Of a stretch of 64,000 bases of DNA, positions 11,699-24,039 are shown in pieces. This DNA comes from Squalus acanthias (lineage: Eukaryota): assembly GCA_030390025.1 (NCBI GenBank), contig CM059432.1, forward strand, positions 149,546,001 through 149,610,000. The letters are read 5' to 3'. Position numbers and translations under genes: made by a program. The number at the start of each line of letters is the position of its first letter. Positions within the stretch are counted from its first letter, which is position 1. The notes under the pieces were generated by a model. The model searched no databases. It was not told where the DNA came from and saw only the letters and a list, made by a program, of their open reading frames with translations.

Positions 11699-12785
11699 CT
11701 TAGAAACAAAAGAGGTGTTCGTGAATTGGAGGCAGTGCAGAGAAGAGCCACAAGGCTGATCCCTAGTGTCAGAGGACGAAGTCATAAAAAAATGTACAGG
11801 GATATTTAGGCCTTTAAGACAACAAAGGAGCCATTTGAGATGTGATTTTACAAAAGTATATAAAATAGTTAAGGATATGGAAAAGGTAAATTGGAATATT
11901 ATTTTAAATTGTGAGAGAAGGACAAGAGGCCACAGGTTCAAACCAGTGAAAAGTACATTGAGGACAGGAAAATCTTCACACGAAGATCAAAACATGGAAT
12001 GGACTCCCAGAGAGAGAGCGAGTAGTGGAAGTGAAAACAGTCAAATCTTTTAGGATCCAATTGGATGCCACAATGGAGGGACTTTGGGGCCTTTCTGGAT
12101 GAATGAATTAAATAGGGCCAAATACTTTCTCATTGTAACTGGCTTGTGATCTTGCGATTGCCATTAGGAAGCTGGCTGTAAGCACCCCCCCTCCCCCTCC
12201 CCCCGCTCCATATTGGTATCGTGACTACGCCTGCTTCATGTAAGAGTACTTGTCCCAAGTTACAGGGTTTCAGGTGATGGACATCATTCTGCCAGTCCTG
12301 CCTTTTTTGACGATGTCAGGATGGAAAGGGGGAACAGATGCAAAAAAAAGCCTGTCTCTTCCCGTCGAAATCTCCCCACATTAAAAAAGGGATGAAAACA
12401 TAGTGCCGCCTCAAATTCCAGCTCCCTTTCTGGCTTGGATCCTTGTTCGACCCTCCTTGCCCCAGGAATTTTAGGGCCAGAGTATGTGAAAAGGTTATAA
12501 TGCCAAAGATGACATGTGGACAATTTATTGTGTCGAGTCTTCTTGTACATTCTTAACTCTTTATTATCTCCTTATTAAATAGTATAAATACAATGTGAAC
12601 TGTTCTTTAGACTAACATCTAATCACTTGCCTACTGTCTGTTTCTAAATGTCATGTGGTCTCCATTTAATCCATGTGACAACAAGAAAAGTAAATAACGT
12701 GTGGCAATTCAAAACACATTTCAGGAAGCAATATTTGTGCGAGGGTGATTTTCCTTTTATTTTAGTAGCATTGTTCAGACATTAA

Positions 12786-13630
12786 GGGGGAAAAATTCGG
12801 TTGCTTTGCGCCTCCCATTAGCGCTCTAAGAGGGCACTAACGGGGTGCAAAGCAACTAGCGCCGGGCGCGGCGATGTTTGCGCCACTTGCGAAATTGACC
12901 AGACATTTTGTGGCGGCAGATCGTGACGTCAGTCGAGTGTGCAACGCCCCGGTCGTGCCCCGGAGTGGATATTGAGTGGCGCCCCCTGCCTTTCCGCCTG
13001 CCGCTAGCAACGACAGGTAAAGAGGAGCGTTTTGCAGTCGGGAAGGGACTGGGGGAGCGCTATTTAAAGGCGGCTGCTTCCTGCCTTTTTTTGTCGGCGA
13101 CATTTTTGCACCACACATTCTGAGAGAGAGAGAGAGATTCAACGCTGTGTGAAGGAGTTTTGGGTACTGAGCAGCACTTTGCAGGTTCATTTTGATTTGA
13201 TCTTCCTTGCATCGATTTAGAAGAGACTCTGGGGGCTGCACTCTGAGCTCTTGCCCTGGGCCTCTCCATTGTTCTTTCCAGCAAATTTGATGTACAGGTC
13301 TCTCCAGGCCGAGATTCAAGGCTGCAATGAGCAGGGTGTGGCTGGAGAGCAAGATTGACCCTCCCCTTTAAGAACTGGCCGGCGCCAGTGTGTCTGTGTT
13401 CCATTGCTGACTGACATCACATGAGCTTCGCCAGCGCTCTGAGATAGCGCCTCGCTCCTCGGCATTAGCGCCTTAAGAGAGGTGTGTAGCGCCTGATTTA
13501 GCGCTCCAATCACCTCCAGGGGCGATAGAAGCCAAGTTTGCAGTCGGAGGTGATCATTAGCGCCAGGCGCTAAACTTTGCACCCGGCCGATAATTGCGCC
13601 CCAAACAGGGCGATACCGAATTTCTCCCCC
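12786..13630. mobile_element. Harbinger-like MITE, GC-rich
   Basis: TIR gggggaaaaattcgg / ccgaatttctccccc; closely related copy at 29789-30681. Confidence 0.85.
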
Positions 13631-14367
13631 TCGCTCTCTTGCATGTACGGCAGACGTTACAGTGCAGAACTTCCAACTGGTGACATTTCTGTACAGCCAC
13701 TTAACACACATGGACGACATTCACTATTTTGGACGGCGTTAATTTGTTCATTTTACAGTACACCACTGTGAGTTATTCTCTCCATTTCTGTAATCCATTC
13801 TCTTCCCTTTTCAAGCTGTGGGATCATTTCCTGGTTGAGAGTGGGAAAGCACAAGATCGGCTTGAGATACCTCTCCCTTTCTGTAGGGAAGACCATCTCC
13901 TCTGGTCGGTGAGATTGCAACATACCCACACTAGGAGCTGCAGGTTTTGTAGCACTGTGTGTGAGAGCTCTCTGCACCACCACTCAAACGCCAACTCTGA
14001 AAGGTTGAGAGCGGTGTTTAAGGATCTCTTGATAGTTCATGTAGTATTTTGATATGGCCTCTCATTCAGCTGGAACTAATTCTAGTATTTATTTCTATTT
14101 ACTGCCTTGTTGAAAGTTCAGTCCAATATTCAACAGATACAGGGAAAAAATGGTGCAAGTGTCAAGAGATTCTCTGCCTATCTTATATCAGGTCGGAAAT
14201 TATATGCCTGGTGGAAATCTGGGTTCGAGATGAATTTCCTCCAGTTCGCAAAAACGGCATCTCGCTGTCTGCCTCACCATTAAAATGTATTGAATGGCAC
14301 TAAGTTCCTGTATATTTGTGGTAGATACGAACGAAACTTTGTCCATTTCAGTATAAGTACCCTTTAA

Positions 14368-16370
14368 AAAACAACAACAACTTGCATGTATATAGCGCCT
14401 TTAACATAGTAAAGTGTCCCAAAGTGCTTCACAGGAGCGATTATCAAACAAAATTTGACACCGAGCCACATAAGGAGATATTAGGGAAGAAGAGGTAGGT
14501 TTTAAGGAGCGTCTTAAAGGAGAAAAGAGAGGTTGAGAGGCGGAGAGGTTTAGGGAGGGAATTCCAGAGCTTAGGGTCATGTCTGCTGAAGGCACGGCCA
14601 CCAATGGTGGAGCGATTAAAATCGGGGATGCGCATGAGGCAACAATTGGAGGGACATAGATACCTTGGAGGGGTTGTAGGGCTGGAGGAGGTTACAGAGA
14701 TAGGGAGGGGCGAGGCCATGGAGGGATTTGAAAACAAGGATGAGAATTTTGAAATCGAGGCGCTGCTTAACCAGGAGCCAATGTAGGTCAGAGAGCACAG
14801 GGGTGATGGGCGAACGGGACTTGGTGCGAGTTAGGGTATGGGCAGCTGAGTTTTGGATGAGCTTAAGATTATAGAGGCTGGAAGATGGAAGGTCAGCCAG
14901 GAGTGTGTTGGAATTACTCATAAAAACTGGGTACATGGGAGTCCCAGGACTTAATCAGCTGAAGCAGGCTCCTTAAAGAGAAAGGTTTTTGATTTTATTT
15001 TGCATTTTCATGAACTGTATGTTGCAGTCTAGAGGTAACAAAGGCATGGATTCGGGTTTCAGCAGCAGATGAGGTGAGGCGGGGCAGAGTCGGGTGATGT
15101 TACGGAGCTGGAAATAGGCAGTCTTAGTGATGGCATGGATATGTGGTCGGAAGCTCATCTCGGGGTCAAATACGATGCCAAGTTTGCGACCAGTGTGGTT
15201 CAGCCTCAGACAGTTGCCAGGGAGAGGGATGGAGTCGGTGGCCAAGGAACGGAGTTTGTGGTGGGGACCGAAGATAATGGTCTTCCCCAATATTTAGCTG
15301 GATGTCGGACAAGCAGTCTGACAATTTAGGAACAGTTGAGGGGTCATGAGCGGTGGTGCTGAGGTAGAGCTGGTTGTTGTCGGTGTACATGTAGAACCTA
15401 AAGTCGTGTTTTCGGATGATGTCACCAAGGGGCAGCATGTAGATGAGAAATAGGAGGGGGCCGTGGATAGATCCTTGGGGGACCGCAGGGGTAACGATGC
15501 AGGAGTGAGAAGAGAAGCCGTTGCAGGTGATTCTCTGGCTACGACTGGATCGATAAGAATGGAACCAGGCGAGGGCAGTCCCACCCAGCTGGACAATGGA
15601 GGAGAGGCATTGGAAGAGGATGGTGTGGCCAATCATGTCAAAGGCTGCAGACAAGTTGAGAAGGACGAGGAGGGATCGTTTCTCACAGTCACAGATGAGA
15701 GCCATTTCAGTACTGTAGCAGGGGTGGAAATCTGATTGGAGGGATTCAAACATGGAGTTCTGGGAAAGGTGGGCACGGATTTTGGAGTGTCAGCATATTC
15801 AAGGACTTTGTAACGGAAAGGGAGGTTGGAGATGGGTTGGTATTTTGCAAGGACAGAGGGGTCAAGGGTTGTTTTTTTGAGGAGAAGGATGATGACGGCA
15901 CACTAGAAGGGGAGTTGGACAGTACCTGAGGGGAGAGAGCCATTAACAATGTCAGCTAACACGAAGGCCAAGAAAGGAAGTTGGGTGGTCAGCAGTTTAG
16001 TGGGAATAGGGTTGAGGGAGCAGGAGGTGGGTCTCGTGGACAAGATGAGCTCAGAGAGGGCATGAGGGGAGATAGGAGAGAAACTGGAGAAAGATGTGAG
16101 CTCAGGGCTAGGGCAGGGGGTAACCTCAGAGGAAGTTTGGCCCAGTGGGCTAGGGGACAGGAGGGAGCAGCAGAGGCAGCTGATCAGATGGTCTCAATCT
16201 TAGTGACAAAGAAGTCCATGAGATCCTCGCAGTTGTTGTTGGAGGTGAGGGTGGAGGAGACAGAGGAGAGGGGTTTAAGAAGATGGTTTGCTGTAGAGAA
16301 AAGCAGCCGGGGTTAACTTTGCATTCCAGAATGATCCTGGAATAGTGAGCAGTTTATGCAGAGGAGATGG
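14368..16370 (-). mobile_element. Degenerate L2 LINE
   Basis: LLNLSAAFD, VPQGS..GP.LF.IY, YTDNNQLY and QNSAA..LT...HWL...DFKIL motifs; tail ggcgctatatacatgcaag(ttg)n. Confidence 0.9.
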
Positions 16371-16379
16371 GATACATGT

Positions 16380-17447
16380 TAATTACCCTAGTCAACCTCT
16401 CTGGCACTGAAAATTAACTATTACAAGTGTGGAATCTCATACCCTCAGGTTTTAATTGTTGGAGATTTTTAAAATGTAAAATTTTCAATTTTTAAAAAAA
16501 CTTTTCCTTTCTGTCTCTTTGTTTCTTTCTCTCTCTTAGTCCAATCTCTCGTTCCCTCTCCTTATTTCTCTTTCTGTATCTGATTTGACATTGAATTCAC
16601 CCACTCTAATTTACATTTCATTCTCAGTCCTTGCGCTGTTAATTTCACAATCCGTCAATATGATTGGTTAAGGAGATGCACAGTTGCTTTCCCTGTTCAC
16701 TCATGGCCCAGGTGCCCTGGCCAGATTTTGCGGTCAGCGGCGAACAAGTGGCCCCAGTCGTTCATTACACTTGCACTTGGGACTTTGCACTGGAACTTAC
16801 TGTAAATTAGAGAGCCAAAAAAGCACAGCGCCCTCTACAGGGGATCTGTGTGAACAGGGCAAGCAACAGTGTAGCTCCTAACCAATCAGATTGAAGAATC
16901 TTTAATGAGCAGCGCAGAGTCTAAACCAGGAAGTGTCAGTTAGAATATTGAATTCAATGTCAAATTAGGTATAGGAAGAGAAACAAAGAGAGAAAAAGAC
17001 AATTAAGAGAGAGAGATAAAAGAGACAGAAGAAAAAACGTTTTTTAAATTTTTGTATTAAAAAAAAAATATCGAACAATAATTAAAATCTGAAGGAATGA
17101 GACTTCAGTGCCAGAGAGGTTGTTTGGTAGTAATTAAGACTTAAACACATTGTTAAAAATTCACGTACACTGGAATGGACAAGCCCTAACTTAGTTCGTA
17201 AATATCAGGTAAGTACAGCAACTTCTCACCGTTCAACGTATTTGAATAGTGAGTCAGGTGACGAGATACCGTTATCACGCAGCTTTTAAAAGAACAGAGC
17301 ATCTCTGACAGCAACTTCCTGATTTCCACATTTAGCTTCACACATATGATTGCTAGAAGTTGCTGGAAGTTGCTGGAAGTTGCTGGAAGTTGCTAGAAGT
17401 TGCTGGAAGTTGCTGTCCGATTTCCATGTAAATAACTGTTAGCCTCA
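16380..17447. mobile_element. Fold-back non-autonomous DNA element
   Basis: Long imperfect inverted arms (caacctctctggcactgaa at about 16394 vs ttcagtgccagagaggttg at about 17104; tgattggttaaggag vs ctcctaaccaatca); shares sequence with 21815-22561 and about 49390-50510. Confidence 0.65.
17350..17415. repeat. 10-bp tandem repeat (ttgctggaag), about 6.5 copies
   Basis: Seen directly in the sequence. Confidence 0.95.
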
Positions 17448-17867
17448 CATAGAACATAAGAACATAAGATGTAGGAGCAGGAGTCGGCCATTCGGCCCCT
17501 CGAGCCTGCTCCGCCATTCAATAAGATCATGGCTGATCTGATCTTGGCCTCAACTCCACTTCCCTGCCTGCTCCCCATAACCCTCGACTCCCTTATCGTT
17601 CAAAAATCTGTCTATCTCCACCTTAAATATATTCAATGACCCAGCCTCCACAGCCCTCTGGGGAAGAGAATTCCAAAGATTCACGACCCTCTGAGAGAAG
17701 AAATTCCTCCTCATTTCCGATTTAAAAGGGTGCCCCCTTATTCTGAAATTATGCCCCCTAGTTCTAGATTCCACCACGAGGGGAAACATCCTCTCTGCAT
17801 CTACCCTGTCAAGCCCCCTCAGAATCTTATATGTTTCAATAAGATCCCCTCTCATTCTTCTAAACTC
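17447..17867 (-). mobile_element. CR1 3' fragment
   Basis: ORF 17550..17915 matches the CR1 C-terminus; (tatgttct)n tail. Confidence 0.92.
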
Positions 17868-18155
17868 ACCGTATGATCGAAGGCTGGGCCTGTCTGAATA
17901 AAGCTTCCCATTCAAATGTTAACAGCCCTTGAAAATGCTTATCATCATTTCAAAGGTTTCTCAACACAGTTTTAATAATGTGATAATTGATAATTGTCAA
18001 TAGCAAGTAAAGGTTCTGAAACTATAAATGGGGTTTATGGGACTGTGAAAAGAGTAGAGCGATGGGATTAGCTTCAGTTGAAGAGATATCATCAGCACAG
18101 GAGTATTTATATGATTATGTTAATAGATTCCATGTTGCAACTCACTAAGTCTACA

Positions 18156-18223
18156 ATTAAAACAGAAAATGCTGGAGATACTCAGCAGGTCAGGCAGCAT
18201 CTGTGAAGAGAGAAACAGAGTTA
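18156..18223 (-). mobile_element. Solo Penelope pLTR fragment
   Basis: Matches 2963-3030 in reverse; flanked by actaag(t/a)ctaca at 18144-18155 and 18224-18235. Confidence 0.8.
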
Positions 18224-18284
18224 ACTAAGACTACAGTTTGACTCCTGATAGATTACTGGTAAGTAAGATAAAATGATTTTTTTT

Positions 18285-18916
18285 TTGGCATTTATTAGCC
18301 GTGGCATAGAATACAAGAGCAGGGGGGTTATGCTTCAACTGTATAAAACACTAGTTAGGCCTCAGCTAGAGTACTGCGTGCAGTTCTGGTCACCACATTA
18401 CAGGAAAGATGTGATTGCATGAGAGAGAGTACAGAGGAGATTTACAAGGATGTTGCCGGGAGTAGAGAATCTTAGCTATGAGGAAAGACTGGATAGGCTG
18501 GGTTTGTTTTCCTTGGAACAGAGGAGGCTGAGGGGAGACCTTATTGAGGTGTATAAAATTATGAGGGGCATAGATAAAGTGGATAGAAAGGACCTATTTC
18601 CCTTAGCAGAGGGGTCAAAAACCAGGGGGCACAGATTTAAAGTAATTGGGGGAAGGTTTAGAGGGGATTTGAGGGGAAATTTCTTCACCCAGAGGGTTGT
18701 GGGGTCTGGAACTCACTGCCTGAAAGGGTGGTAGAGGCAGGAACCCTAACCACATTTAAAAAGTACTTGGATGTGCACTTGGGATGCTGTAACCTGCAGG
18801 GCTACGGACCAAGAGCTGGGAAGTGGGATTAGGCTGGATAGGTCTTTGTTGGCCGGCGCGGACACAATGGGCCAAAATGGCCTCCTTCCGTGCTGTACCT
18901 TTCTATGATTGTATGA
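18285..18916 (+). mobile_element. CR1 3' fragment
   Basis: LSYEERLDRLGLFSLEQRRLRGDLIEVYKI; terminal hairpin and tail. Confidence 0.92.
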
Positions 18917-19284
18917 TGCAGCAGATTCATCAGATAATACAGCAACTATACCCTGTATACAGTAGAGCCAGGCTTAAATCAAAAACTGATTATCAGACTG
19001 ATGTTAAACTATAGCAATATGTTCTACGAGTACTGGGGGTGTTTGTACACACATTTTTGAAGGTGGCAGGACAGGTTAACAAAGCAGTTAATAAAGCACG
19101 TGGGATCCTGGCCTTTGCAAAAACTTGGGTTTTGCAAAATGACTTCATCAACGTTCACTGTTTTGGCATTGTTACATAGGTGACTCGACTAACAAACGTC
19201 TATTTCAGGAGGTTAATGGGATGATCAGTTTCTCTTTCTATAGGTTATGTGTGAAGTACCAGTTTCACAGTAACATTTATTTCG

Positions 19285-19600
19285 TGGAATTGTATAGAAT
19301 TTTACAGCACGGGAACAGGCCATTCAGCTCAAGAGGTCTATGTTGGTGTTAATGCTCCACACGAACCTCTCCCACCTTCCTTTCTCTCACCCTATCAACA
19401 TATCCTTCTATTCCTTTCTTCCTCTTGTATTTATCCAGCTTCCCCTTAAATGCATCTCTGCTATTCGCCTCAACTACTCCATGAGGTAGTGAGTTCCACT
19501 TTCTCACTAATCTCTGAGAAAAGAAGTTTTGCCTGAATTCCTTATGGATTTATTAGTGACTATCTTATATTTATGGTCCCTAGTTTTGGAATCCTCCACT
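19285..19600 (-). mobile_element. Old CR1 3' fragment
   Basis: Reverse of a TRDH...FSQR...WNS segment and a CR1-type 3' UTR. Confidence 0.65.
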
Positions 19601-19829
19601 TCATTTGATATTGTGCACGTTTACATTTTCTCTCTCAACTTTCTCCTTTAATTGTTAAAGGCAGAGTGACAATCATTTCCTTCAGTGTTAAACAGCCACG
19701 AATAACTGTAAAATAGTAAGCAGCCCAGTAACTGATTAACTGCAGTCTACTGTGTTATTCTCTGAAGTATGCATTATCTATTCATTTAGGACGAAAGATA
19801 TGGGAATTGATGTATTTCTGGCTGTTCCA

Positions 19830-20070
19830 GAAAGAAAGAAAGAAAAAAGAAAGACTTGCATTTATATAGCGCCTTTCACGACCACCGGACGTCCCAAAGC
19901 GCTTTATAGCCAATGAAGTACTTTTGAAGTGTAGTCACGGTTGTAATGTGGGAAACGCAGCAGCCAATCTGCGCACAGCAAGCTCCCACAAACAGCAATG
20001 TGTTAATGACCAGTTAATCTGTTTTCAGTGATGTTGATTGAGGGATAAATATTGGCCAGGACACCGGGGA
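19830..20070 (-). mobile_element. DeuSINE 3' fragment
   Basis: Matches 11336-11545 and 57907-58130. Confidence 0.85.
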
Positions 20071-20779
20071 ATGTGTTACATATTAGGAGCTCAGTCTGTA
20101 TCTCAATAAAGCTTTCAGTCTGTCTGTATGAAAGCAATTACCTTATATCTGAAAAGCATTGCAATCTGATACCCCAAGTGTTTTAATATTTCACATCCCG
20201 CATTCTGCAGTGCATCAGAGTCCTGACCTATTGTGTCTGGCATTTGAGTACAGCAAAGTATAATATTATCTCTATGTTACTTTTTACAATAGTTTCATAT
20301 TAATATAACAGGGTGCTTAGCGGCTAGTGTAACAGGGGGCTTTGGAGCTTCCAGCCTGATTTTCAAGGCCAGTCCTTTTACTCACTTTTTGTTACCATGT
20401 TTGGATGAAATGCTGGACATAATTGGATAAATCTGACGTTAAAGGCACAGGATCGTAGGTTATCAATCAGTACAACCAGGCCACATGCCATATTGGAATG
20501 AAGAGCAACAATAAACAGAATTAGGTCTCGACTCTACGTACAGCTGAGCAAGGCGACATCAATCAGATTAACACTCGTGTACAGAAATATTTTTAAAAAA
20601 CTGGCAGACATACAACTTGTTACAAAACTACTGCTAAGTTTCACAAGGATGTTCCAGTGTCCTGAGGATGGTGGCCAAATGCCCATTTTTACTATTTGCA
20701 AACAAATACATACATCGAAGTTACATCACCAAAACAGGCTAAACTGGTCCAGATCAGTGTTTACCCTCCAGAGTCCTAA

Positions 20780-21330
20780 CCATACTTACTTGCCCTGTTC
20801 CCATATCCCTTCTACCCCTTTTTCTTCTTCCACCTATCCAATCTCTCCTTGAATCTTGAGATAGTTTCTGTCTCAGCTGCGAACCCTGGAAGTGATCCGT
20901 ACAGCCTCACAACTCTCCGTGTAAAGCGACTTTTCTTGCTCTCTGTTCTAAATCTCTTACATTTAATCTTGTATCTATGGCCTCTCATTCTTGACCCGTC
21001 AACTATTGGAAACAGTCTGCTTTTCTCTAATATACAAAGGCAAAATGCTGCGGATGCTGGAAATCTGAAATAAAAGCAGAAAATGCTGGAAATGCTCAGC
21101 AGGCCAGGCAGCATCTGTGGAGAGAGAAACAGAGTTAACGTTTCAGGTCAATGACCTTTTGTCAGGCCACATGCCATATTGGAATGAAGAGCAACAATAC
21201 ACAGAATTAGGCCTACTTCAGCAAGCTCGACTCTACGTTTCTCTACTCTGCTTTTCTCTACCCTGTTCCAAACTTTCATAATTTTAAACACTTTCATTAT
21301 ATCGCCCCGCAATCTGCATTGTTCCTCCCT
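20780..21330 (-). mobile_element. Old CR1 fragment interrupted by a Penelope pLTR plus captured DNA (21030-21246)
   Basis: RLRGDIMKVFKI...RMRGHRYK pieces on either side; 14-bp TSD tctgcttttctcta at 21016-21029 and 21247-21260. Confidence 0.75.
21030..21165 (-). mobile_element. Solo Penelope pLTR with a degenerate family-A hammerhead motif
   Basis: Reverse reads CTGACAA-AAGGTCATTGACCT-GAAACGTT-AACT followed by pLTR sequence. Confidence 0.85.
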
Positions 21331-21389
21331 CTTTTTTAAACGAAGTTCCCTTATAATCATCCTCCTCAGGTTTATCGCCTCTCCCTTCG

Positions 21390-21510
21390 TTATCATTTCC
21401 CTACATTACAACAATGACTACACTTCGAAAGAAATTCATTGGCTGTGAAGCGCTTTGGGACATCCTGAGATTGGGAAAGGTGCTGTAGAAATGCCAGTTC
21501 TTCTTCCTTG
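21390..21510 (+). mobile_element. DeuSINE/L2-type 3' tail fragment
   Basis: catttccctacattacaacaatgactacacttc...ttggctgtgaagcgctttggga matches the SINE tail. Confidence 0.7.
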
Positions 21511-21814
21511 TCCCTCCCCCACTTCCTCTCCTCACTACTCAGCGCTGCTTCAGGTGTTAAATGGGCTGCTTCTATTGGAGTTCCACAGCACAGGTGCCTG
21601 ATTGTCACAGACTTGAATCTATTGCTAGTGCTTTGGGAAAACTGCCCCATTTGCACAAGGAAGTTCTGCCATAGCTGGACCGTCAGTTGGTGACTGAACG
21701 GCTGTCTTTATCCTGCGGCTCTGCCTGTGGGATCTTCCAGCCCCTCTCCCATATTTCAGTGGTGACAGCCTCTTAACCCGGCTTTTTCTTCTCTCCATCG
21801 ACAACATGAGCAAC

Positions 21815-22561
21815 GGGGCAGAATTTGCTGACAAAACAACGACGAATTTATTGCGCACGCCGTTATTAGTGTGTAATAAAATCCAGCAATTGTTGCGAGG
21901 AAGAGATACGCCGCGAGTTGCTAATCGCTACAAATTGCTCGACGATTCGCACCACTCTGCCACTAGCCTCGCAAAAACGGGCTCTCGCTGTCAATTTCCT
22001 CAGGATGCTGGATTTGCATCATAAATGCGAATTTAACTCGCTGCAGAAAGTTAGGGCCGCTATTTCACGATGAAAGGACCCTTTTAATGACGAGATTTAG
22101 GTTCCTGCAAAGCCACTCAACTTTAAAGGCCCAGAAAGGGAACAATTGAAACTATCGAGTCACACTCTGGCAGGTTTCCAAAATTTTAAACTTTAAATTT
22201 TATTTTTTTCTCACCTTTTTCTTTCTGGCTCTTTTTTTCTCTCTCTCTCTTAATCCACCTTCGTTCTTTCCCTCTCTTTATTTCTCTCTGTATCTAATTT
22301 GACTTTAATTCACCCTATTTCCTTCTCCGTCATTGGCTCTGTTTTTTTCTCTCTATCGTTAAATTTAATTGGCCAGGAAGATAGACTATTGGTCCTGTCA
22401 TCACCCAGGTCCCAGATGCCCTGTTGACCGTCACCGCGCTGTTATCAACTCGAACTTCCAGTGATTTGCCGCCCAAAATTAATTGGAGCTGAAGGGTGAG
22501 GAAAGAAAATCCAACTTACGGCGCTCACTGCGAGATGCCCTGCTCCAGCAAACTCTGGCCC
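21815..22561. mobile_element. Harbinger-like MITE
   Basis: TIR ggggcagaatttgctg / cagcaaactctggccc. Confidence 0.7.
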
Positions 22562-22769
22562 AAAAAGAATGTCTCTGTGAACTTTTGGAACCCACCACAG
22601 GCCTCAGAGACATCAAAAACCATATCTGGCCTTTTCTCTTCTCCATTTGTCTGGCAACTTCATGGCATCTCCTTGAATATTGATTTGGCTCATTTCCATT
22701 TCTGGTCATCCCACTCTCATCTATTATTTCTCACTGAAATACAACTTTCATGTCTTTCTGACTTTCCTC

Positions 22770-23010
22770 CTAAGACAGACATAAGACGTAGGAGCAGGAG
22801 TCGGCCCCTCAAGCCTGCTCCGCCATTCAATAAGATCATGGCTGATCTGATCTTGGCCTCAACTCCACTTTCCCGCTCTCTCCCCATAACCCTCGACTCC
22901 CTTATCGTTCAAAAATCTGTCTATCTCCACCTTAAATATATTCAATGACCCAGCCTCCACAGCTCTCTGGGGAAGAGAATTCCACAGATTCACGACCCTC
23001 TGAGAGAAGA
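22770..23010 (-). mobile_element. CR1 3' fragment
   Basis: FSQRVVNLWNSLPQ...GYGERAGKWS and a CR1 tail. Confidence 0.9.
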
Positions 23011-23214
23011 CCCTCCTTCCAAATTCCTTTTTATTATTTGTTCTCAGGATGTGAATGATATTGCCAGAGCTGGTTTTAATGCCTCTATCTAGTTGCCCTG
23101 CAAAGGTGGTGGGCCTCCTTCTTGAACTGCTCCAACAACGACTGAAACTTGCAGTCATGAGGTACCATTGATGCAGAATGACATCCCAAGATGAGCCAAA
23201 GAACCAAAGAAGGA

Positions 23215-23475
23215 GCAATTAAGAGTGGTGTCAAGACATGGGTTTTAAGGAGGATTTTAAAGGAGTAGAGGGAGAAGTAGAGGGTTTTAGAGAGAGAATT
23301 CCAGAGTGTGGGACATAGATGGCTGGAGACACAGCTTCCAATACTGGGGCGAGGGGGGTGCACAAGAGGCCAGAGTCAGAGAAACGGAGAGTGTGAAGAA
23401 GAAGGGGCGGATTGTAGCATTGTAGGAGTTACAGAGACAGGGATCGGTGAGGCTATGGAAGGAGTCCTTGATGGT
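23215..23475 (-). mobile_element. Old L2 3' fragment
   Basis: PTLWNSL...SFK.LLKTH motif in ORF 23085..23363. Confidence 0.65.
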
Positions 23476-23787
23476 GCTCACATGATGTCATACTACTGCC
23501 GCTTCATATCCAGAGAAAGTGCATGTGCTTATATTCAATCTGATGCTGCTTACCTCAACTTTGATTTCCTCTGGATAAACATATATTTGCCTCAACTTAG
23601 GAAATTTATCTGCAGTCTCTATCCTCTCATAACCTTCAGAACTCTCTGGAAATTATCAACTTTTTCCTCAAGCAAAAATCAAACTCACCAACATCTCCCC
23701 TGTTGAAATCGCCATTCTTGGAGCATTCAACATGCCTGCTTCTCCTTTTTTACTGACCAGGGCGACAATACTAACCTGAATAACTAC

Positions 23788-24011
23788 GATGTGGAGATGC
23801 CGGTGTTGGACTGGGGTGGACAAATGTGAGAAGTCGCACAACACCAGGTTATAGTCCAACAGTTTTATTTGAAATCACAAGCTTTCGGAGCACTGCTCCT
23901 TCGTCAGGTGAAGTGAAGAGACTCTTCACTTCACCTGACGAAAGAGCAGTGCTCCGAAAGCTTGTGATTTCAAATAAAACTGTTGGACTATAACCTGGTG
24001 TTGTGCAACTT
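23788..24011 (-). mobile_element. Fold-back, hammerhead-bearing non-autonomous Penelope-like element (family B), copy 1
   Basis: About 90-bp near-perfect inverted arms centred on 23921; HHR motif on - (23875-23911) and on + (23931-23967); 12-bp TSD ctgaataactac at 23776-23787 and 24012-24023. Confidence 0.85.
23875..23911 (-). ncRNA. Minimal type-I hammerhead ribozyme motif (family B)
   Basis: TCAC-CTGACGA-A-GGAGC-AGT-GCTCC-GAAA-GC-TT-GTGA: helix I TCAC/GTGA, helix II GGAGC/GCTCC, palindromic AAGCTT. Confidence 0.85.
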
Positions 24012-24039
24012 CTGAATAACTACAACCAGGGAGGTTGGA

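Larger units (their letters stand above)
7860..12155 (+). mobile_element. Old CR1 LINE interrupted by a MITE, a Harbinger element and a DeuSINE
   Basis: VPQSSMLG...INDLD at about 7880, QMKINAEKCKALHIG at 8797..8985, R-DF-KVYKI...TRGH at 11766..12053; the pieces are collinear once the insertions are removed. Confidence 0.75.
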
